From Utricularia gibba (Eukaryota; Plantae; Magnoliophyta): 18,074 nucleotides of DNA. The notes below the pieces were generated by a model. The model was not told where the DNA came from. It saw only the letters and a list, made by a program, of their open reading frames with translations, and searched no databases. Both the position numbers and the translations under genes were made by a program. Where the stretch lies: positions 1-18,074 of the forward strand of contig NEEC01000314.1 of NCBI GenBank assembly GCA_002189035.1, given 5' to 3'. This document shows, one piece after another, positions 1 to 11,190 of the stretch; position 1 is the stretch's first letter, and each line of letters begins with the position of its first letter.

Positions 1-3000
1 CCCGAATGGTGATGCGCAATGAAATGACTATGTCGCACATCCTGGTCCACGAAGCACCTCTTCCAAAACATGTAGAGCCTACTCTTCCTAGCACACCATT
101 GGGCAGCCCTATTCGTGCTCCAAGTAATATCATATGGAGTTACGTTTTCCGATAACTGTGGACATATTAAAAACAACCTCAACGAAAGTGTCTTCCGTGT
201 CCTTCCTTGGTGGCTGCGTTTAATAATGTGCTTCTCGTTCTCGACATTGATGCAAATGGGATACACGGCAAAAGAATCAAATAGCCACTAGAGACATGGT
301 GTAAGGGAATGGTGCATCAAGAATCAGAAGTATCATAGCAACTAATTGAATCAATCAACAGCCAAAACATATGGTGTCAAACTTCATCGGATATGCGATC
401 AAGATGGAAAAAAGTCACATGTTACATCATGAATTTCGTGGCATCACTTATCCCAACACTGTTGTATACTCAGGATATGCGTAAATATTTATTTTTAACA
501 AATCCGTGCACGTGTGATTTTTCGGCTGCACCCGAATGGTGATGCGCAATGAAATGACTATGTCGCACATCCTGGTCCACGAAGCACCTCTTCGAAAACA
601 TGTAGAGCCTTACTCTTCATAGCACACCATTGGAAGCTTTATTCGTGCTCCAAGTAATATCATATGGAGTTACGTTTTTTCCGATAACTGTGGACATATT
701 AAAAACAACCTCAACGAAAGTGTCTTCCGTGTCCTTCCTTGGTGGCTGCGTTTAATAATGTGCTTCTCGTTCTCGAAATTGATGCAAAAGATACACGGCA
801 AAAGAATCAAATAGCCACTAGAGACATGGTGTAAGGAATGGTGCATCAAGAATCAGAAGTATCATAGCAACTAATTGAATCAATCAACAGCCAAAACATA
901 TGGTGTCAAACTTCATCGGATATGCGATCAAGATGGAAAAAAGTCACATGTTACATCATGAATTTCGTGGCATCACTTATCCCAACACTGTTGTATACTC
1001 AGGATATGCGTAAATATTTATTTTTAACAAATCCGTGCACGTGTGATTTTTCGGCTGCATCCCGAATGGTGATGCGCAATGAAATGACTATGTCGCACAT
1101 CCTGGTCCACGAAGCACCTCTTCGAAAACATGTAGAGCCTTACTCTTCATAGCACACCATTGGGAAGCTTTATTCGTGCTCCAAGTAATATCATATGGAG
1201 TTACGTTTTTCCGATAACTGTGGACATATTAAACAACCTCAACGAAAAGTGTCTTCCGTGTCCTTCCTTGGGTGCTGCGTTTAATAATGTGCTTCTCGTT
1301 CTCGACATTGATGCAATGGACACGGCAAAAGAATCAAATAGCCACTAGAGACATGGTGTAAGGGAATGGTGCATCAAGAATCAGAAGTATCATAGCAACT
1401 AATTGAATCAATCAACAGCCCAAAACATATGGTGTCAAACTTCATCGGATATGCGATCAAGATGGAAAAAAGTCACATGTTACATCATGAATTTCGTGGC
1501 ATCACTTATCCCAACACTGTTGTATACTCAGGATATGCGTAAATATTTATTTTTAACAAATCCGGTGCACGTGTGATTTTTCGGCTGCATCCCGAATGGT
1601 GATGCGCAATGAAATGACTATGTCGCACATCCTGGTCCACGAAGCACCTCTTCGAAAACATGTAGAGCCTTACTCTTCATAGCACACCATTGGGAAGCTT
1701 TATTCGTGCTCCAAGTAATATCATATGGAGTTACGTTTTTTCCGATAACTGTGGACATATTAAAAACAACCTCAACGAAAGTGTCTTCCGTGTCCTTCCT
1801 TGGTGGCTGCGTTTAATAATGTGCTTCTCGTTCTCGAAATTGATGCAAACAAGATACACGGCAAAAGAATCAAATAGCCACTAGAGACATGGTGTAGGGA
1901 ATGGTGCATCAAGAATCAGAAGTATCATAGCAACTAATTGAATCAATCAACAGCCAAAACATATGGTGTCAAACTTCATCGGATATGCGATCAAGATGGA
2001 AAAAAGTCACATGTTACATCATGAATTTCGTGGCATCACTTATCCCAACACTGTTGTATACTCAGGATATGCGTAAATATTTATTTTTAACAAATCCGGT
2101 GCACGTGTGATTTTTCGGCTGCATCCCGAATGGTGATGCGCAATGAAATGACTATGTCGCACATCCTGGTCCACGAAGCACCTCTTCGAAAAATATGTAG
2201 AGCCTTACTCTTCATAGCACACCATTGGGAAGCTTTATTCGTGCTTCAAGTAATATCATATGGAGTTACGTTTTTCCGATAACTGTGGACATATTAAAAA
2301 CAACCTCAACGAAAAGTGTCTTCCGTGTCCTTCCTTGGTGGCTGCGTTTTAATATGTGCTTCTCGTTCTCGAAATTGATGCAAACAAGATACACGGCAAA
2401 AGAATCAAATAGCCACTAGAGACATGGTGTATGGAATGGTGCATCAAGAATCAGAAGTATCATGGCAACTAATTGAATCAATCAACAGCCCAAACATATG
2501 TGTCAAACTTCATCGGATATGCGATCAAGATGGAAAAAAGTCACATGTTACATCATGAATTTCGTGGCATCACTTATCCCAACACTGTTGTATACTCAGG
2601 ATATGCGTAAATATTTATTTTTAACAAATCCAGTGCACGTGTGATTTTAGGCTGCACCCGAATGGTGATGCGCAATGAAATGACTATGTCGCACATCCTG
2701 GTCCACGAAGCACCTCTTCCAAAACATGCAGAGCCTAACTCTTCCTAGCACACCATTGGGCAGCCTATTCGTGCTCCAAGTAGTATAATATGGAGTTACG
2801 TTTTCCATAACTGTGGACATATTAAAACAAACCACAACGAAAAGTGTCTTACGTGTCCTTCCTTGGTGGCTGCGTTTAATAATGTGCTTCTCGTTCTCGA
2901 AATTGATGCAAACAAGATACACGGCAAAAGAATCAAATAGCCACTAGAGACATGGTGTTGGGAATGGTGCATCAAGAATCAGAAGTATCATAGCAACTAA

Positions 3001-6000
3001 TTGCATCAATCAACAGCCAAAACATATGGTGTCAAACTTCATCGGATATGCGATCAAGATGGAAAAAGTCACATGTTACATCATGAATTTCGTGGCATCA
3101 CTTATCCCAACACTGTTGTATACTCAGGATATGCGTAAATATTTATTTTTAACAAATCCGGTGCACGTGTGATTTTTTTCGGCTGCATCCCGAATGGTGA
3201 TGCGCAATGAAATGACTATGTCGCACATCCTGGTCCACGAAGCACCTCTTCGAAAACATGTAGAGCCTTACTCTTCATAGCACACCATTGGGAAGCTTTA
3301 TTCGTGCTCCAAGTAATATCATATGGAGTTACGTTTTTCCGATAACTGTGGACATATTAAAAACAACCTCAACGAAATGTGTCTTCCGTGTCCTTCCTTG
3401 GTGCTGCGTTTAATAATGTGCTTCTCGTTCTCGAAATTGATGCAAAGGATACACGGCAAAAGAATCAAATAGCCACTAGAGACATGGTGTAAGGGAATGG
3501 TGCATCAAGAATCAGAAGTATCATAGCAACTAATTGAATCAATCAACAGCCAAAACATATGGTGTCAAACTTCATCGGATATGCGATCAAGATGGAAAAA
3601 AGTCACATGTTACATCATGAATTTCGTGGCATCACTTATCCCAACACTGTTGTATACTCAGGATATGCGTAAATATTTATTTTTACAAATCCGTGCACGT
3701 GTGATTTTTCGGCTGCACCCGAATGGTGATGCGCAATGAAATGACTATGTCGCACATCCTGGTCCACGAAGCACCTCTTCGAAAACATGTAGAGCCTTAC
3801 TCTTCATAGCACACCATTGGGAAGCTTTATTCGTGCTCCAAGTAATATCATATGGAGTTACGTTTTTCCGATAACTGTGGACATATTAAAAACAACCTCA
3901 ACGAAAGTGTCTTCCGTGTCCTTCCTTGGTGGCTGCGTTTAATAATGTGCTTCTCGTTCTCGAAATTGATGCAAATGATACACGGCAAAAGAATCAAATA
4001 GCCACTAGAGACATGGTGTAAGGGAATGGTGCATCAAGAATCAGAAGTATCATAGCAACTAATTGAATCAATCAACAGCCAAAACATATGGTGTCAAACT
4101 TCATCGGATATGCGATCAAGATGGAAAAAAAGTCACATGTTACATCATGAATTTCGTGGCATCACTTATCCCAACACTGTTGTATACTCAGGATATGCGT
4201 AAATATTTATTTTTAACAAATCCGGTGCACGTGTGATTTTTCGGCTGCATCCCGAATGGTGATGCGCAATGAAATGACTATGTCGCACATCCTGGTCCAC
4301 GAAGCACCTCTTCGAAAACATGTAGAGCCTTACTCTTCATAGCACACCATTGGGAAGCTTTATTCGTGCTCCAAGTAATATCATATGGAGTTACGTTTTT
4401 CCGATAACTGTGGACATATTAAAAACAACCTCAACGAAAAGTGTCTTCCGTGTCCTTCCTTGGTGGCTGCGTTTAATAATGTGCTTCTCGTTCTCGACAT
4501 TGATGCAAATGGATACACGGCAAAAGAATCAAATAGCCACTAGAGACATGGTGTAAGGGAATGGTGCATCAAGAATCAGAAGTATCATAGCAACTAATTG
4601 AATCAATCAACAGCCAAAACATATGGTGTCAAACTTCATCGGATATGCGATCAAGATGGAAAAAAGTCACATGTTACATCATGAATTTCGTGGCATCACT
4701 TATCCCAACACTGTTGTATACTCAGGATATGCGTAAATATTTATTTTTAACAAATCCGGTGCACGTGTGATTTTTCGGCTGCATCCCGAATGGTGATGCG
4801 CAATGAAATGACTATGTCGCACATCCTGGTCCACGAAGCACCTCTTCAAAAACATGTAGAGCCTTACTCTTCATAGCACACCATTGGGAAGCTTTATTCG
4901 TGCTTCAAGTAATATCATATGGAGTTACGTTTTTCCGATAACTGTGACATATTAAAAACAACCTCAACGAAAAGTGTCTTCCGTGTCCTTCCTTGGTGGC
5001 TGCGTTTAATAATGTGCTTCTCGTTCTCGAAATTGATGCAAACAAGATACACGGCAAAAGAATCAAATAGCCACTAGAGACATGGTGTATGGGAATGGTG
5101 CATCAAGAATCAGAAGTATCATAGCAACTAATTGAATCAATCAACAGCCAAAACATATGGTGTCAAACTTCATCGGATATGCGATCAAGATGGAAAAAAG
5201 TCACATGTTTACATCATGAATTTCGTGGCATCACTTATCCCAACACTGTTGTATACTCAGGATATGCGTAAATATTTATTTTTAACAAATCCGGTGCACG
5301 TGTGATTTTTCGGCTGCATCCCGAATGGTGATGCGCAATGAAATGACTATGTCGCACATCCTGGTCCACGAAGCACCTCTTCGAAAACATGTAGAGCCTT
5401 ACTCTTCATAGCACACCATTGGGAAGCTTTATTCGTGCTCCAAGTAATATCATATGGAGTTACGTTTTTCCGATAACTGTGGACATATTAAAAACAACCT
5501 CAACGAAAAGTGTCTTCCGTGTCCTTCCTTGGTGGCTGCGTTTAATAATGTGCTTCTCGTTCTCGAAATTGATGCAAAAGATACACGGCAAAAGAATCAA
5601 ATAGCCACTAGAGACATGGTGTAAGGGAATGGTGCATCAAGAATCAGAAGTATCATAGCAACTAATTGAATCAATCAACAGCCAAAACATATGGTGTCAA
5701 ACTTCATCGGATATGCGATCAAGATGGAAAAAAGTCACATGTTACATCATGAATTTCGTGGCATCACTTATCCCAACACTGTTGTATACTCAGATATGCG
5801 TAAATATTTATTTTTAACAAATCCGTGCACGTGTGATTTTTAGGCTGCACCCGAATGGTGATGCGCAATGAAATGACTATGTCGCACATCCTGGTCCACG
5901 AAGCACCTCTTCCAAAACATGAGAGCCTAACTCTTCATAGCACACCATTGGGAAGCTTATTCGTGCTCCAAGTATATAATATGGAGTTACGTTTTCCGAT

Positions 6001-6377
6001 AACTGTGGACATATTAAAAAAACCACAACGAAAAGTGTCTTCGTGTCCTTCCTTGGTGGCTGCGTTTAATAATGTGCTTCTCGTTCTCGAAATTGATGCA
6101 AATGGATACACGGCAAAAGAATCAAATAGCCACTAGAGACATGGTGTAAGGGAATGGTGCATCAAGAATCAGAAGTATCATAGCAACTAATTGAATCAAT
6201 CAACAGCCAAAACATATGGTGTCAAACTTCATCGGATATGCGATCAAGATGGAAAAAAGTCACATGTTACATCATGAATTTCGTGGCATCACTTATCCCA
6301 ACACTGTTGTATACTCAGGATATGCGTAAATATTTATTTTTAACAAATCCGGTGCACGTGTGATTTTTCGGCTGCAT
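1..6377. repeat. Left sub-array (copies 1-12), heterogeneous allele set
   Basis: These copies carry GCGTTT-AATAAT-type sequence at monomer 219-230 (copy 5 reads GCGTTTTAATAT). Most have CTCGAAATTG and GTGTAAGGGAA, and several have GCAAACAAGAT. Confidence 0.85.
2645..3188. repeat. Diverged B-type monomer (copy 6); partial B-type also at copies 1 and 12
   Basis: Linked substitutions: TTAGGCTGCACCCG, CTTCCAAAAC, CATGCAGAG, CCTAACTCTTCCTAG, GGGCAGCC, AAGTAGTATAATATG, AACCACAACG, CTTACGTG. Subsets recur at 61-110 and 5841-6030. Confidence 0.8.
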
Positions 6378-9300
6378 CCCGAATGGTGATGCGCAATGAA
6401 ATGACTATGTCGCACATCCTGGTCCACGAAGCACCTCTTCGAAAACATGTAGAGCCTTACTCTTCATAGCACACCATTGGGAAGCTTTATTCGTGCTCCA
6501 AGTAATATCATATGGAGTTACGTTTTTCCGATAACTGTGGACATATTAAAAACAACTCAACGAAAAGTGTCTTCCGTGTCCTTCTTGGTGGCTGCGTCTA
6601 AGAATGTGCTTCTCGTTCTCGACATTGATGCAAATGGGATACACGGCAAAAGAATCAAATAGCCACTAGAGACATGGTGTATGGGAATGGTGCATCAAGA
6701 ATCAGAAGTATCATAGCAACTAATTGAATCAATCAACAGCCAAAACATATGGTGTCAAACTTCATCGGATATGCGATCAAGATGGAAAAAAGTCACATGT
6801 TACATCATGAATTTCGTGGCATCACTTATCCCAACACTGTTGTATACTCAGGATATGCGTAAATATTTATTTTTAACAAATCCGGTGCACGTGTGATTTT
6901 TCGGCTGCATCCCGAATGGTGATGCGCAATGAAATGACTATGTCGCACATCCTGGTCCACGAAGCACCTCTTCGAAACATCATAGAGTAGAGCTCTTCAC
7001 TAGCATCACACATTGGGGAAGCTTTATTCGTGCTCCAAGTAATATCATATGGAGTTACGTTTTCCCGAACTGTGGACATATTGGAAAACATATTAAAAAC
7101 AACCTCAACGAAAAGTGTCTTCCGTGTCCTTCCTTGGTGGCTGCGTCTAAGAATGTGCTTCTCGTTCTCGACATTGATGCAAATGGGATACACGGCAAAA
7201 GAATCAAATAGCCACTAGAGACATGGTGTATGGGAATGGTGCATCAAGAATCAGAAGTATCATAGCAACTAATTGAATCAATCAACAGCCAAAACATATG
7301 GTGTCAAACTTCATCGGATATGCGATCAAGATGGAAAAAAGTCACATGTTACATCATGAATTTCGTGGCATCACTTATCCCAACACTGTTGTATACTCAG
7401 GATATGCGTAAATATTTATTTTTTAACAAATCCGGTGCACGTGTGATTTTTCGGCTGCATCCCGAATGGTGATGCGCAATGAAATGACTATGTCGCACAT
7501 CTGGTCCACGAAGCACCTCTTCGAAAACATGTAGAGCCTTACTCTTCATAGCACACCATTGGGAAGCTTTATTCGTGCTCCAAGTAATATCATATGGAGT
7601 TACGTTTTTCGATAACTGTGGACATATTAAAAACAACCTCAACGAAAAGTGTCTTCCGTGTCCTTCCTTGGTGGCTGCGTCTAAGAATGTGCTTCTCGTT
7701 CTCGACATTGATGCAAATGGGATACACGGCAAAAGAATCAAATAGCCACTAGAGACATGGTGTATGGGAATGGTGCATCAAGAATCAGAAGTATCATAGC
7801 AACTAATTGAATCAATCAACAGCCAAAACATATGGTGTCAAACTTCATCGGATATGCGATCAAGATGGAAAAAAGTCACATGTTACATCATGAATTTCGT
7901 GGCATCACTTATCCCAACACTGTTGTATACTCAGGATATGCGTAAATATTTATTTTTAACAAATCCGGTGCACGTGTGATTTTTCGGCTGCATCCCGAAT
8001 GGTGATGCGCAATGAAATGACTATGTCGCACATCCTGGTCCACGAAGCACCTCTTCGAAACATGTAGAGCCTTACTCTTCATAGCACACCATTGGGAAGC
8101 TTTTCGTGTCAAGCTAATATAGCATAATATCAGTATGGAGTTACGTTTTTCCGATAACTGTGGACATATTAAAAACAACCTCAACGAAAAGTGTCTTCCG
8201 TGTCTTTCCTTGGTGGCTGCGTCTAAGAATGTGCTTCTCGTTCTCGACATTGATGCAAATGGGATACACGGCAAAAGAATCAAATAGCCACTAGAGACAT
8301 GGTGTATGGGAATGGTGCATCAAGAATCAGAAGTATCATAGCAACTAATTGAATCAATCAACAGCCAAAACATATGGTGTCAAACTTCATCGGATATGCG
8401 ATCAAGATGGAAAAAAGTCACATGTTACATCATGAATTTCGTGGCATCACTTATCCCAACACTGTTGTATACTCAGGATATGCGTAAATATTTATTTTTA
8501 ACAAATCCGGTGCACGTGTGATTTTTCGGCTGCATCCCGAATGGTGATGCGCAATGAAATGACTATGTCGCACATCCTGGTCCACGAAGCACCTCTTCGA
8601 AACATGTAGAGCCTTACTCTTCATAGCACACCATTGGGAAGCTTTATTCGTGCTCCAAGTAATATCATATGGAGTTACGTTTTTCCGATAACTGTGGACA
8701 TATTAAAAACAAACCTCAACGAAAAGTCTTCCGTGTCCTTTCTTGGTGGCTGCGTCTAAGAATGTGCTTCTCGTTCTCGATTGATGCAAATGGGATACAC
8801 GGCAAAAGAATCAAATAGCCACTAGAGACATATGGGAATGGTGCATCAAGAATCAGAAGTATCATAGCAACTAATTGAATCAATCAACAGCCAAAACATA
8901 TGGTGTCAAACTTCATCGGATATGCGATCAAGATGGAAAAAAGTCACATGTTACATCATGAATTTCTGGCATCACTTATCCCAACACTGTTGTATACTCA
9001 TATGCGTAAATATTTATTTTTAACAAATCCGGTGCACGTGTGATTTTTCGAAATGGTGATGCGCAATGAAATGACTATGTCGCACATCCTGGTCCACGAA
9101 GCACCTCTTCGAAAACATGTAGAGCCTTACTCTTCATAGCACACCATTGGGAAGCTTTATTCGTGCTCCAAGTAATATCATATGGAGTTACGTTTTTCCG
9201 AAACTGTGGACATATTAAAAACAACCTCAACGAAAAGTGTCTTCCGTGTCCTTCCTTGGTGGCTGCGTCTAAGAATGTGCTTCTCGTTCTCGACATTGAT

Positions 9301-11190
9301 GCAAATGGGATACACGGCAAAAGAATCAAATAGCCACTAGAGACATGGTGTATGGGAATGGTGCATCAAGAATCAGAAGTCATCGAATCAATCAACAGCC
9401 AAAACATATGGTGTCAAACTTCATCGGATATGCGATCAAGATGGAAAAAAGTCACATGTTACATCATGAATTTCGTGGCGTGGCATCACTTATCCTGCAA
9501 CACTGTTGTATACTCAGGATATGCGTAAATATTTATTTTTAACAAATCCGGTGCACGTGTGATTTTTCGGCTGCATCCAGAATGGTGATGCGCAATGAAA
9601 TGACTATGTCGCACATCCTGGTCCACGAAGCACCTGCATCGAAAACATGTAGAGCCTTACTCTTCATAGCACACCATTGGGAAGCTTTATTCGTGCTCCA
9701 AGTAATATCATATGGAGTTACGTTTTGGGAATGGTGCCGATAACTGTGGACATATTAAAAACAACCTCAACGAAAAGTGTCTTCCGTGTCCTTCCTTGGT
9801 GGCTGCGTCCTAAGAATGTGCTTCTCGTTCTCGACATTGATGCAAATGGGATACACGGCAAAAGAATCAAATAGCCACTAGAGACATGGTGTATGGGAAT
9901 GGTGCATCAAGAATCAGAAGTATCATAGCAACTAATTGAATCAATCAACAGCCAAAACATATGGTGTCAAACTTCATCGGATATGCGATCAAGATGGAAA
10001 AAAGTCACATGTTACATCATGAATTTCGTGGCATCACTTATCCCAACACTGTTGTATACTCAGGATATGCGTAAATATTTATTTTTAACAAATCCGGTGC
10101 ACGTGTGATTTTTCGGCTGCATCCCGAATGGTGATGCGCAATGAAATGACTATGTCGCACATCCTGGTCCACGAAGCACCTCTTCGAAAACATGTAGAGC
10201 CTTACTCTTCATAGCACACCATTGGGAAGCTTTATTCGTGCTCCAAGTAATATCATATGGAGTTACGTTTTTCCGATAACTGTGGACATATTAAAAACAA
10301 CCTCAACGAAAAGTGTCTTCCGTGTCCTTCCTTGGTGGCTGCGTCTAAGAATGTGCTTCTCGTTCTCGACATTGATGCAAATGGGATACACGGCAAAAGA
10401 ATCAAATAGCCACTAGAGACATGGTGTATGGGAATGGTGCATCAAGAATCAGAAGTATCATAGCAACTAATTGAATCAATCAACAGCCAAAACATATGGT
10501 GTCAAACTTCATCGGATATGCGATCAAGATGGAAAAAAGTCACATGTTACATCATGAATTTCGTGGCATCACTTATCCAACACTGTTGTATACTCAGGAT
10601 ATGCGTAAATATTTATTTTTAACAAATCCGGTGCACGTGTGATTTTTCGGCTGCATCCCGAATGGTGATGCGCAATGAAATGACTATGTCGCACATCCTG
10701 GTCCACGAAGCACCTCTTCGAAAACATGTAGAGCCTTACTCTTCATAGCACACCATTGGGAAGCTTTATTCGTGCTCCAAGTAATATCATATGGAGTTAC
10801 GTTTTTCCGATAACTGTGGACATATTAAAAACAACCTCAACGAAAAGTGTCTTCCGTGTCCTTCCTTGGTGGCTGCGTCTAAGAATGTGCTTCTCGTTCT
10901 CGACATTGATGCAAATGGGATACACGGCAAAAGAATCAAATAGCCACTAGAGACATGGTGTATGGGAATGGTGCATCAAGAATCAGAAGTATCATAGCAA
11001 CTAATTGAATCAATCAACAGCCAAAACATATGGTGTCAAACTTCATCGGATATGCGATCAAGATGGAAAAAAGTCACATGTTACATCATGAATTTCGTGC
11101 ATCACTTATCCCAACACTGTTGTATACTCAGGATATGCGTAAATATTTATTTTTAACAAATCCGGTGCACGTGTGATTTTTCGGCTGCAT

